A DNA stretch of 64,000 nt from Spizellomyces punctatus DAOM BR117 (taxonomy: Eukaryota): NCBI GenBank assembly GCA_000182565.2, contig KQ257457.1. One strand, 5' to 3'. The translations under genes were made by a program, and so were the position numbers. Of this stretch, positions 18,693-29,588 are shown one piece after another. The notes under the pieces are model-generated. The model was not told the origin of the DNA, made no database searches, and saw only the letters and a list, made by a program, of their open reading frames with translations. Position 1 is the first letter of the stretch. Each line of letters begins with the position of its first letter.

Positions 18693-19074
18693 GTATAATA
18701 ATGCGTATTAGCCACATAGTAGTACATTCCAACCACCCTACATGATCGGTTGATTACAAAAGCAATTGAGCCGGCTTACAGCATCACATGAAACCTTTGC
18801 GGTGTTTGACAAAGCTCCAATTCGCCGCTGTCGTTGCAGTGTTAGAAATAAATTAAACCGAACTGGCACTTGCGTATGGATTTTTACCCTCTGCCCGACG
18901 TTGTCGCCCTCTCCGTTCATCGGGCAGTTAGTCCGCCTTGTACAGGGGATTGGGATTATTCCCTGCATTTTTGCACTCTGCCTTCGCTGCCAGTGTGGTA
19001 ACAATCAACATTTTAGTGTTTTTAAGCGGTCTGGCTGCATCCGAAACACCGCAGCACGATCGCAAGCCCACGTC

Positions 19075-22000
19075 ATGGCTCCGGAGTATCCGATAAATAG
19101 CAATGACCTGACCGAGGATCAGATCCTTGACGTGAAAGCATCCTGGCTGGACCCTGATACAGATATCGAGGGAGGAGAACACAACATGGCGGGGGTCTTT
19201 GAGAGACTATCACGATTGTCCTTATTCTCGGTTTCAGATTACACCCTTGATCTGTCCACCGATTTTGATGATGATTTCGACGAATTCAACGGTGCTGGGG
19301 AGGTAGCGGACATGTCGGTGAAAGACTTGATTGTAAAGTACCATTGGATTGGCGATGTTGGAATTGTCGAGAACCTATTTGAAATTCCTTCGGATCTGGA
19401 TACGGCGGCACAAAAAATCCTCGTAGAGGATAGGAAACGGATGGCTGAGATCATCCACAACGCACATACACCTCTTTCTACGTCCAAGATTAGTCAAACC
19501 GCCTCTACCAGGTCTCAAGAGTTACTCCAGCTGCATGCACGGCTGAGTTATGTGATTACAACGTACCATTGGGTGGGCGATGTGGGAATCCTGCAAAGAT
19601 TATTTGATGAGGGTGTTGTGGAAGGTGGAGAAAAGGTCTTGGTGGCAGATCGGCGAAGAATGTTGGGGCTGCTGGAGGTGTATCATCCCATTTTGACGGT
19701 GACCCATCTTGCTGAAGAGGAAGTCAACGATGATGATACTCTTGATTATCTCATTGAGGAGGAACGCACGAAGCATGGTGTGGATACTCAACAACTCGTC
19801 CATCTGAACCTTCTCATCACTGACATTATCGCATCATATCATTGGATCGGGGACATCACGGTTTTGAGTAAAATCTTTACCCTTGGAAAGGAAGAGGATG
19901 GACTGTTGGGTGACCGGTTAAGAATGCTGGATGTCCTAAGACCTTCTCATCCATACATAAACATCAACTCTGATCTCTACGATCCGGACACCCTCTTAAC
20001 CAATATGATCATCAAACATCACTGGGTGGGTGAAACAAAGGTTGCAGAGAAACTGTTTGACCTGTCAGTTGCGTATGCGTGGGACGCAAATGCAGAAAGC
20101 TATTCCTTGGTCCACGACCGAGAAAGGATGTTACAGGTTTTGAAATCATACCATCCGTTATTGGAGCTTGAAAACCCGTATGAAGCTTTACGGGACGCTA
20201 ATGCACGGTTAGTCGAATTGGTCGAAAAGTATCATTGGATCGGCGATACTACGGTACTCCATCAGATCTTCGACTTTCGCCACAATCAAGACACCGAGCA
20301 TATCCTTCTCTCCGATCGTAAAAGAATGCTGGAAGCCCTCACGGCGGTTCACCCTCTTGTTGCTGTCAATTCTCACTTGTACGATGTCGACGTCCTCCTT
20401 GTTAAAGTGATCGGTATGTATCATTGGATCGGGGACGTTGAACTTGTGGAGCAATTATTCGATTTAGAGTTTGTCGAGGACAGCGAAGGGGCGGATGTGG
20501 AGGTGGTTTTGGCGGATAGGAGGAGGATGGTGAGGATTTTGTTAGCCTACCATGACGGACTGAAATCCGCTACCTCGACCGATGCGATGAATATAGACTA
20601 TGAGACGCTTCCAAGTGTGTCAAATGACGAACAGCAGGTGATTGATGATCACCTCCGACTCTCCTACCATTATGAAGAGGCATTCCGGGCACAGCAGGTT
20701 ATCGATGACCATTTGCAACGGTCGTACGATTATGAAAAGGTGTTCCGAGCGCAGCAAGTGGTTGATGAACATCTCCAACTGTCGTACGATTATGAAAAGG
20801 TGTTCCGGGCACAGCAAGTGGTTGATGAACATCTCCAACTGTCGTATGATTATGAAAAAGCTTTCCGGGAACAGGAGACACAACAACAGCCAAGTGAACA
20901 GGAAGTGGTCGATGAACACCTTCGACTTTCCTACGAATATGAAAAGGCTTTCCGGGCTCAGCAGACACAACGACCGTTAAGTGATCAGCAAGTCGTTGAT
21001 GAACATCTCCGACTTTCCTACGAATATGAAAAGGCTTTTCGGGCACAGCAGGTTATCGATGACCATCTGCAACTGTCGTACGATTATGAAAAGGTGTTCC
21101 GAGCACAGCAAGTGGTTGATGAACATCTCCAACTGTCGTATGATTATGAAAAGGCTTTCCGGGAACAGGAGACACAACAACAGCCAAGTGACCAGCAAGT
21201 GGTTGATGAACACCTCCGACTTTCGTACGAATATGAAGCCACGTTCCGGGCACAAGAGGTGGTTGATGATCATCTCAAGCTCTCCTACGATTATGAAACA
21301 GCTTTTCGAGCACAAGAGGTGGTTGATGATCACCTCCAACTGTCATACGATTATGAAAAGGCATTCCGGGCACAACAGGTCGTTGATGATCACCTTGCCC
21401 TTTCATATGAATACGAAGCTGCTGCTCGAGTCCAGGAGGCAAAAGAGGAAGGCCAGAAGGATGTTGACGACCATTTACGCCTCTCATATGAATACGAGAA
21501 GGCGTTCCGGAAGCAAACTCAAGACGGTACAATTTATTCACGAGACCTAGCGAGGAGTGTCGCTGATACGCGACAGTCTTTATTCGATGATAAGCATGTA
21601 CAGGAGACATTGCGAGATTCAACCGATCAAAACACAATCGACGAACATCTGAAACTTTCGTATGTGTATGAGAAATCCTTTCTTGCAGCACTCGCCAAAA
21701 CCGAAGGGACCTCTCGCAGTATCCGGGTTTCTGAAAAGATTGCCTCGACGACGGAAGGGACACATGATCTAAAGTTTTTGGAGCACCTTGTTCAGCGAGT
21801 TGAGGGTGCAGCGGATCTGCTAGACAGTCAAGAGTCCCGCCAGACGTTGGTGAATAAACTGAAAGGGTTGGTCGAGAGATTGGAGAGTGTCGGTGTTCAA
21901 CCACGGGCTGCGGAAGAGAGGCGGACGGGTGATTCACAAGAGGTGGTCGACAATCATTTGGCGATGAGCTACCGGTTAGAAGCCGAGTGGTGGAAAAAGA

Positions 22001-23439
22001 TGGCCTCTGCTCAGCCTATGGCAGAGCAGAGGACAATCAGCGTCAGAGTCATTCCCCAGACAACAGACGATCGAAGTAGATCATATTGGGAATCGTACGC
22101 AACAAGCATCAAGAGCAACGTACCTGACGACAAAGAGGCATTGGTAGAGGATGTACACACCGACCCAGAACAGTGGGCAGCGGAACTTGACCGGCTCAAA
22201 ACTCTGGCCAGACATTTACGCTCGACCCCTTCTTCAGAACGAGTGAGGCTATTAAATACATATCTAGAAGGACAGGTTGGTGAAGCATCGGTTGATGTTT
22301 TACGAGGGGAGATCAAAGACGCTGTCAAGAGGATGGGGGATGTGGATGCTGACTGGTTGGACGGTTTAATAAGCACTTGGGAAGAAGGTGTAAGGGAATT
22401 TGAAGAGGAAGAGACCATTCCCGACACAGGCTTCTCCTCCCCTGTCACTGAGCGCGAAAGACTCCCAACACCGTCGATTGATTTTGAAACCCTCCAAACC
22501 CGAATCCAAACACTGGAAGCCACCCTTTCCAAAACACAATCTGCCCTTTCCCAAATTACCATCGACCACCAACTGCTACTATCCTACTCCAACGATCTGA
22601 CAGCCGCCGTCTTACCCCTCCGCCCATCATCACCCGAAAGCAACCACAGCCATCAAACCCAACTCCAACACTTCACCCACAACCTCACCCACCTGCTCTC
22701 GCTAGCGCACAGATACACATCCCTCCAACAAACACTTCATGACACCGAAGCACGTCTGCGCGCTCGCGACACATACCTCCGCACCACAGTCTTGGATTCC
22801 GCACGCCAGGTTCAGTCATTAGAACAAAGGGTCTCGGATCTTACCTCAGAGAATGAAGACCTAAAACAGGACTTGAAGCTCGAACAGCGGGGCAAAAGGT
22901 CATTGGAAAGGGAACTCTTGCAAATGGATGAAGGATTGAGAGACTGCGGGTGTGGCTTCCGACGATCAGGACGAACCAGTCGAACTGGCAGTTTTGCCAG
23001 CGTGTCAAGTACTAAAGACGATGGGCACGATGGAGTCGAACCGCGTCGTCGACCTAGCCGTACAGGAAGCTTTACCAGCTTATTGCACTCAAAACTCGAT
23101 GACCTTCAAGATTCCGATGTCATTATCCATGATGTACCAGACGACGCCATAGAGACAAGATCCAACATTGATTCACTCAAAGCAGAAACATTTGCACTCA
23201 AGTACGCCCTGAATCAGCTCAAGACGCAAAATCAATCGTTATCATCCCGACTCGAATCACTAGAACAGGACCGGGAACGGAGGGTGAAGGAGGAAATGCG
23301 ATTTGTTGGCGAAGAACGTAGCAAAGATGAGAAAAAGCTGGCAACAAAGCAATCTCCGATATCACCCGTTGGAAAGTCACCCAAAGTTCGAATGTCATTT
23401 CCGCAAACACGGAACCCATTCCATATAGACCAGGAATAA
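19075..23439 (+). CDS. Large uncharacterised protein with 6 YHWIGD...DRxRM modules, ~15 20-aa repeats and a C-terminal coiled coil
   Basis: Long single ORF (likely ATG 19075). Internal repeats are visible in the translation. Confidence 0.85.
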   Translation: MAPEYPINSNDLTEDQILDVKASWLDPDTDIEGGEHNMAGVFERLSRLSLFSVSDYTLDLSTDFDDDFDEFNGAGEVADMSVKDLIVKYHWIGDVGIVENLFEIPSDLDTAAQKILVEDRKRMAEIIHNAHTPLSTSKISQTASTRSQELLQLHARLSYVITTYHWVGDVGILQRLFDEGVVEGGEKVLVADRRRMLGLLEVYHPILTVTHLAEEEVNDDDTLDYLIEEERTKHGVDTQQLVHLNLLITDIIASYHWIGDITVLSKIFTLGKEEDGLLGDRLRMLDVLRPSHPYININSDLYDPDTLLTNMIIKHHWVGETKVAEKLFDLSVAYAWDANAESYSLVHDRERMLQVLKSYHPLLELENPYEALRDANARLVELVEKYHWIGDTTVLHQIFDFRHNQDTEHILLSDRKRMLEALTAVHPLVAVNSHLYDVDVLLVKVIGMYHWIGDVELVEQLFDLEFVEDSEGADVEVVLADRRRMVRILLAYHDGLKSATSTDAMNIDYETLPSVSNDEQQVIDDHLRLSYHYEEAFRAQQVIDDHLQRSYDYEKVFRAQQVVDEHLQLSYDYEKVFRAQQVVDEHLQLSYDYEKAFREQETQQQPSEQEVVDEHLRLSYEYEKAFRAQQTQRPLSDQQVVDEHLRLSYEYEKAFRAQQVIDDHLQLSYDYEKVFRAQQVVDEHLQLSYDYEKAFREQETQQQPSDQQVVDEHLRLSYEYEATFRAQEVVDDHLKLSYDYETAFRAQEVVDDHLQLSYDYEKAFRAQQVVDDHLALSYEYEAAARVQEAKEEGQKDVDDHLRLSYEYEKAFRKQTQDGTIYSRDLARSVADTRQSLFDDKHVQETLRDSTDQNTIDEHLKLSYVYEKSFLAALAKTEGTSRSIRVSEKIASTTEGTHDLKFLEHLVQRVEGAADLLDSQESRQTLVNKLKGLVERLESVGVQPRAAEERRTGDSQEVVDNHLAMSYRLEAEWWKKMASAQPMAEQRTISVRVIPQTTDDRSRSYWESYATSIKSNVPDDKEALVEDVHTDPEQWAAELDRLKTLARHLRSTPSSERVRLLNTYLEGQVGEASVDVLRGEIKDAVKRMGDVDADWLDGLISTWEEGVREFEEEETIPDTGFSSPVTERERLPTPSIDFETLQTRIQTLEATLSKTQSALSQITIDHQLLLSYSNDLTAAVLPLRPSSPESNHSHQTQLQHFTHNLTHLLSLAHRYTSLQQTLHDTEARLRARDTYLRTTVLDSARQVQSLEQRVSDLTSENEDLKQDLKLEQRGKRSLERELLQMDEGLRDCGCGFRRSGRTSRTGSFASVSSTKDDGHDGVEPRRRPSRTGSFTSLLHSKLDDLQDSDVIIHDVPDDAIETRSNIDSLKAETFALKYALNQLKTQNQSLSSRLESLEQDRERRVKEEMRFVGEERSKDEKKLATKQSPISPVGKSPKVRMSFPQTRNPFHIDQE
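20632..21513 (+). repeat. Coding tandem repeat, 60-bp unit (QQVVDEHLxLSYDYEKAFRA) x13, with occasional 7-9 aa spacers
   Basis: Adjacent 60-nt lines align (e.g. 20761 and 20821). Confidence 0.95.
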
Positions 23440-23633
23440 TAGTTTTGTAAATTTCGATTTAGGATGCGCTGTGCCTTGAAGTACATGATTTTACTATATT
23501 TTGTCAATATAATGCTTGTTCTGCTGAATATCTGGCGTTGTGCTGTGCTGCACCGGAAAGACATCTGGGATCACGCATCCTGATTCAGCGTGGAAAAACA
23601 TTACGAAAAAAAAAGGGTACCGAGCACTTGACA

Positions 23634-23706
23634 TGCGAGATGTGAGGATCGAACTCACGACCTTGAGATTATGAGACTCACGCTCTACCGACTGAGCCAA
23701 TCTCGC
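23634..23706 (-). tRNA. tRNA-Met(CAT), elongator type
   Basis: GCGAGATTGGCTCAGTCGGTAGAGCGTGAGTCTCATAATCTCAAGGTCGTGAGTTCGATCCTCACATCTCGCA. It has a G1-C72 pair and TTCGA T-loop, with a T-run downstream. Confidence 0.95.
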
Positions 23707-24695
23707 TTTGCTTTGGACAGGGGAGCTAGCAATTTAGGTTGGGTGAACTGCCACTCTCAACACCGAAGACCTAATGACTTAAAAAGGGGTACCATAACAA
23801 CATGAGCGGCCTACAATTTGTGTAAGATTCCAAGAGAGCAAAGAGATTTTCCTTCTGGTTTGGGCAGATATTGCTGGCCTCGCAGCATGCTGCTGTACAC
23901 CTTCTTGTTCTTCTTCCACCGTGCATAGGAAGTGGCCCAAGTTGCCTTGATGGAGAGAATTCACATGAAATACTTACACCTTTGGTGTTAGTGACAACGC
24001 TGCCTCTCCACCTTAGCCGGACATTGCTTTCTGAGCCCTACGTATTTACCAATTCAATGCTACCGAAATCGGGCTGTTGGGATATTCAGCATGGGCTGGG
24101 GGAGAAACTTGGGATATATGGAGAGCTAGTGATGATCGATTCCAGGACAAAATCTCCGGGTTCGATCATTCATCTGGAGATATGTGCTCTCTGTAACCAC
24201 AAATGTACGAAATTACACATTGGGACAGGTACTATGCTGTGGCTCACTTACTTGTATATGGGCGGCTCCTAGGCTACACGAGTGCCAAAGCTTCGAAAGG
24301 TGGGAGAGATTAAGTTGCACATGCCGAACCAGCTGGTTTGCTAGGGCGACTGTCATGAACAAGATGAGACATGGACAAAGGAGGTTTTCCACAGCGGAAA
24401 GTTCAATGGCTCTTTGAAAACCGTTGGAAAGTTGGAACATGAATGGTGGTGGCATTAATACAGCAGAACTGGAACGCAAAAACCTTGGATAGGTGTCATA
24501 GAGGAAGCAAACATTTATCCTGTAAAAAACAACAGTTTTCTTATCGGTTGCCCCTTATAGGAGGTATATTTTACAATACTTCACCCCATACACATTCGAT
24601 GAACATCTCCAATTGTCGTATGATTATGAAAAAGCTTTCCGGGAACAGGAGACACAACAACAGCCAAGTGAACAGGAAGTGGCCTAAATACATAT

Positions 24696-25386
24696 TTATA
24701 CAATTTTCATAGAACGCACTGCTTACAGGAGATGCACGGAGATAATGTTGTTTAACCCTCTTCGTCCGAGACCTCTGCCGTCCAATCCAGATATTTTCCA
24801 GTACTTCACCCCAGCAAATACATATTTCGTACATCTTGATCATCTGCGCTCCCCAACTTACACCGAGTTCTCTTCAACCGCTCTGCCAACACCCCACGCT
24901 TGAGTGTCTTCTATATGTCTGGTCGAGGGGGAATGGCTGGTCGAGAGGGTATGTGTGGTCGAGGGGGTTGAAGGGAATATTTCGAAGGCGACGAGAAGTT
25001 TCCTCTCTTTCACCGCCTACCGTCAAAATGTCCGAGCGTGTGAATTTACAGGAACATCAACAAAGGAGAAGCTGGATCCCGCTGCTCCTCCTGTCCAAAC
25101 TTCCGCGGCCAAGTCATCTTCCTCCTCCACGGCACCAGACTGTATAACGTTGGATACGCCATGCGGTCCGCAAGACATATCATGGTGGGCAGGAGAACAG
25201 CACCCTCGAGGCGAAGGAAATCTATCCGCTCATCAGCGATGCCGTCTTCGCAGAGTTGTGGTGAAGTACTGGAAAATATCTGGATTTGACGGCAGAGGTC
25301 TCGGAAGAAGAGGATGATGAGGAAGATTAAACAACATTATCTCCGTACATCTCCTGTAAGCAGTGCGTTCTATGAAAAATGTATAA
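24696..25386. repeat. ~115-125-bp inverted repeat pair (24696-24810 / 25260-25386) around a ~450-bp spacer
   Basis: CATAGAACGCACTGCTTACAGGAGATG...CCAGTACTTCACC versus its reverse complement. A few mismatches and one indel. Confidence 0.85.
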
Positions 25387-26274
25387 GAACGTCAAAGGCG
25401 GGGAGGCCAGTGGGAAAGAAGCTTGGGTCGAGAAGCCAGACGTCTAATGTTAAATATACGAGACTTTATGGCACAGTCATACTACCACCTCTCACGTCAT
25501 GCAAACACAGCTTGGTGGATTGAACCACTGAGTCTGGCGACAACCAGCCCGGAGAACCTAACTAGCTAACCAACTCCTTGCAAGTAACAAACTACGACTA
25601 ATTACACATGCAATACATGACGGTTGATAAATCGGGTAACTAAGCCGACCACCATGAGAGAAATCCTACTAGGCCTCTGATTCTTGAGTCAGAGGAGATA
25701 CTAGTAAAATCAGAATAATTAGAGAAAAGACAGTGCATACCTGCGATCGTAGCAGCATAGTAGTAGCAGCTTTTGCAAGGCGTAATGTTAATGTTGTCGG
25801 GAGGTCCTCAGCATCAGAGCGGCATTCTCATGATTGACTTGAGAGTTGCTTGAGCATTAGGTGGATACTTCGAGAGTTGAGGGTAAAGAACAAGATGGGG
25901 AAAGGGGGGTTTATATAGAAAACAAGAGTGGATACAATGCATGTTGGGTTACAGGAGAATGTTCCACTCATTCAGATGTCCACAATGGATAGTAATTGCA
26001 TCCATAGTAGAACGTTGGCAGTCTGGCCAAAATAGGCTATGCATTAAGTACACAGCCACTGTCAGTTTTGATTGCGTGAGCCATTTGGCAGATTTTTCCC
26101 ACCATCTCATCTAGTGCTTCACTTGCACACCTTTGTTTATTTTGGAAGCTACGCTAGTTTTGTCCGAAATCCCATTCGATACATGCGTTGCAGATTACAT
26201 TGTGAAAAGCATCTATAACATCGGACAAGGAAAGTAATCGGACAAGGAAGCTTAACCCTTTTCGTGTCGATGCT

Positions 26275-28431
26275 TTGTCTGTGATTGACAGGTTTACCAC
26301 TTTGGACAAAGTTCGGTGTCCCACTTGCAGCAAATCATTAAAAGCTCTCGACATCCTTCTCACTCCGACCAAAAAGGATACGGTTGACACCTTTCTAGCT
26401 CGTGCCGATTCGCTTTTGCAGGCAAAATGTAGCAAATGCAAAGGCAACGTTTGCTTGGTCTGCGAACAGGCAGTCGTCGAGGCTACGGGATCTTTATTTG
26501 GAGCACACTCGCACTGTGCCGGCGCTCGTCTCATCACTATCTATCAAGTCCTTCAATTCGTCTATTATCAAATGAAAATCCGCACCGACAAGAGCGAAAA
26601 ATTCCTAGAACGAGAAAAGTTGAAACGTAAAAGGGAAACCACACAGTTCCGCGAGTCCTACGAGCTCTACACATTACAAAAAGATACAGGAACCGGATAT
26701 GGAGGTCAATGTTATACCCGCGGCGGAAGGAATTTAACGGCAAAGATATCGAAAGAACGGGAACACATGGACGAACTCGCTTCTGCATGCGTTACTGCAT
26801 TGAAAAACTTTCTCCCGAACTCTAATCGTCAACCAGAACCTTACATGTTCGATTACCTTCCCGATCCAGACTTACGTAAAGTCCTCACGGAATCTTGCTT
26901 CCTTCCATGGATACTCGAGTACCTGCAAAATGATTCCTTGATGGATATTGCCAACAGAAGCTCGCTCTACTTTAATATCATTTCCCTACTCGATCTCCTG
27001 TCAACCCACGAATACCTGATTCCTATTCTTATTCAGCGATTTCCTGAACCGCAAATATCCGACTATCATGAACTTTGCGAAAACCGGAGAAAGAAGATGA
27101 AAACAACTGATATGAATGTCAAACCACAACAACATTCGGTTCCTCAACCAACTGCCGTGAAAGAATTGGACTATACCGTCCCATTGCTCGATGCGCTAAA
27201 AACTCTTGTTCAACAAACAAATGTGTTTTCTCAGAGCATGATGGTGACTCTTTCGGATAATATAGGAGTGCAAGAGGGAGAAGAAAATGGCGGTGCGCTG
27301 AATGCGGATCAAGAAGAGATGATGAAAGTCGTGACATTGGCGACGGATATCAATGATCTTTGGAAGAAGATAAATGATCGGATTTCTTCTTTTCGACTTC
27401 TTCACAAGGGCGCAAACGAGAAATTCGATGATCCATCAAAATTGGATAGACCGTCGAAATCGGAGGTGAAGATGAAGGATGAAACACCAAAAAAACCAAA
27501 GACATATGTCGAATTGATGAAACTTCGACTGTTGCAATATGCCGAAATATGGTCCGATAGAAATCCTGCGCCGAAAACCATCGATGGAACCCAAATCCTC
27601 AAGTCCAATCGCACCATCTATATCGCAAAAGAAATGGCAACTCTGTCTACATCGCTACCATGCAGCGATTCGAGTGCTGTGTTTGTACGGATCGACAACG
27701 ACAACATGAACATTATCAAGTGTGTTATAACCGGTCCAACTGAAACGCCGTATAGCTATGGATGCTTCGAGTTCAACATCACTTTCCCGAATATGTACCC
27801 AGATGTCCCTCCACAAGTCACACTGCTCACAACCGGTAACGGTTCCGTACGTTTCAATCCTAATCTGTACCAATGTGGAAAAGTGTGTCTTTCGCTACTG
27901 GGGACATGGAACGGATCAGCTAGCGAAAGGTGGCAAACGGGGAAGAATCAGTCGACGCTATTGCAAGTTGTAACGTCGATTCAATCGATGATTTTGATCG
28001 ACACTCCTTACTACAACGAACCAAGTCATGGAACACCGCAAAAAACGAGACTGCAGAATATTCAGTACAATAGAGTTATTAGGAGGAACTGTGTAAAGGA
28101 AGCGATGATTGGAATTTTAAGGAAACCTCCTGTGGGGTTCGAGGATGTAATACGAGATCATTTCTACTTGAAGGAGACGGAAATCATGAAGCAAGTGAAA
28201 GAATGGGCGGCGGAGGATGATCGCTGGGATGGAACCCATTATATCGATGCGATGGGCGCCACCCATCAAAGTTTCCGATCATACGGGATGATGAGTGGTG
28301 CGGTGAGCGGCATCCTTGGCCGAATTGCTCCTTCAAATTCTGGAAGCTGGGAAAAGTTGATAGCGTCCTTGGAAGCAGTTTATCCAGTATCTCCCTCTAG
28401 GTATGTAGAAGAGCAAATCCGGGAAAAATAA
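26275..28431 (+). CDS. Ubiquitin-conjugating enzyme, BIRC6/UBE2Z-type UBC domain, with a Cys-rich N-terminus; 5' exons uncertain
   Basis: ITGPTETPYSYGCFEF, RFNPNLYQCGKVCLSLLGTW (catalytic Cys) and STLLQV..SIQSMIL..PYYNEP. Probable acceptor at 26291 and upstream exon ~26115-26233. Confidence 0.88.
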   Translation: MSVIDRFTTLDKVRCPTCSKSLKALDILLTPTKKDTVDTFLARADSLLQAKCSKCKGNVCLVCEQAVVEATGSLFGAHSHCAGARLITIYQVLQFVYYQMKIRTDKSEKFLEREKLKRKRETTQFRESYELYTLQKDTGTGYGGQCYTRGGRNLTAKISKEREHMDELASACVTALKNFLPNSNRQPEPYMFDYLPDPDLRKVLTESCFLPWILEYLQNDSLMDIANRSSLYFNIISLLDLLSTHEYLIPILIQRFPEPQISDYHELCENRRKKMKTTDMNVKPQQHSVPQPTAVKELDYTVPLLDALKTLVQQTNVFSQSMMVTLSDNIGVQEGEENGGALNADQEEMMKVVTLATDINDLWKKINDRISSFRLLHKGANEKFDDPSKLDRPSKSEVKMKDETPKKPKTYVELMKLRLLQYAEIWSDRNPAPKTIDGTQILKSNRTIYIAKEMATLSTSLPCSDSSAVFVRIDNDNMNIIKCVITGPTETPYSYGCFEFNITFPNMYPDVPPQVTLLTTGNGSVRFNPNLYQCGKVCLSLLGTWNGSASERWQTGKNQSTLLQVVTSIQSMILIDTPYYNEPSHGTPQKTRLQNIQYNRVIRRNCVKEAMIGILRKPPVGFEDVIRDHFYLKETEIMKQVKEWAAEDDRWDGTHYIDAMGATHQSFRSYGMMSGAVSGILGRIAPSNSGSWEKLIASLEAVYPVSPSRYVEEQIREK

Positions 28432-29195
28432 TGTGTACAAGACAGAGGAAATGCGATGGGTGTCGTGTTGATATTTGATGTCTTATTGGTGTAATATGAT
28501 GCCGTTGATGCGATAGATTCGCTCCCCCTCGCGGACTCAATAAGCAATAGATTCTACATCACGATTTGTCGGCACCATCCGCATGCCACATACAATTCTT
28601 TACGACTAAACATAATAATGGGTATAATCAGTTGCGTGCAAAAGACCATATTGAACTGTCAAAGGATCTAGCAGTATCTGAAACCCGCGGTTAACTTGCT
28701 TTCACTGGTTAATCCGAATACCAACTCAAGTCAGAACTATTCACCAAACATAACTGCCTTCCCCACATGATCATAGTAAGAAGAATTATCTCATTAAAAG
28801 AAACCTTGTCGACGAAGTTCGCGGATCTTGGTGTAGGTGGCTCGAACGGGAGTAAACTTCAAGGTAGTTTATCCATCCTGCGGGGTCTTTGCTGAGGGAC
28901 AGATACAACTTTCCTAGGAAGCAATTCCACATCAGCCTCACTGCAAAAGACGATTACACCATGGATAAAGGTCCCGCTGCTGCGATATCTCTATGAAAGA
29001 GACGCCGAGCGAAAGATTGTTCTCCAGAATAGCAATACCTATCATATCGGAACCAGATACAATTTGCTAGAATGCGATAAAGTTGTCGGAATTGCAATGA
29101 CCTGTTGATAATGGGCCTACTTTAGCATTGGAATTGCGTGCAAGAGTGTTCCTATGATATGAACCGCAAAAGAATTTACCAAACTCCCGAGATTC

Positions 29196-29588
29196 TTCAT
29201 CCTCTACTTCAACAACTCATAAATCCTTGCAGGGGAAACTGTCCGTCATGGAAGGTTGCAATATACAACGTGCATCGCGCTGATGACGTGTGCAAAAGAA
29301 CGTCGCGTATCACCGAGCAGCATGGTCCTGGCGTCGACGTCCCTGACAGGGGAGATATGGAAAATCTTGATGACGCACAGACCCATCCAACAGAAGTCCT
29401 TCATCTTCTACTGCAACAACTCATAAATCTTTGCAGGGGGATAGAAGATTGCAAGGGCAACGTGCATCTCGCTGATGACGTGTGCAAAGAACGTCCGCGT
29501 ATCAACAAACAGCATGGTCCCGGCGTCACGTCCCTGACGGGGAAGACATGGAAGATCTTGATGACGCACAGACCTATCCAACAGAAGT
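29196..29588. repeat. Degenerate tandem duplication of ~195 bp
   Basis: CAACAACTCATAAATC...GATGACGCACAGACC.ATCCAACAGAAGT occurs twice in tandem. Confidence 0.85.

Noticed and set aside
18766-19074. N-terminal extension of the 1557-aa ORF
   Set aside because: It has a TTG start and non-coding-like composition. ATG 19075 is the more plausible start.
20620-21550. Several overlapping repeat ORFs on both strands
   Set aside because: They are shadows of the 60-bp coding repeat.
23494-23700. ORF AQSVERESHNLKVVSSILTSR (also 44207-44407)
   Set aside because: It is a translation of the tRNA-Met gene.
25660-25920. Minus-strand TATA-like box, ATG and GTATGC donor
   Set aside because: The frames close within a few codons, so no gene is supportable.
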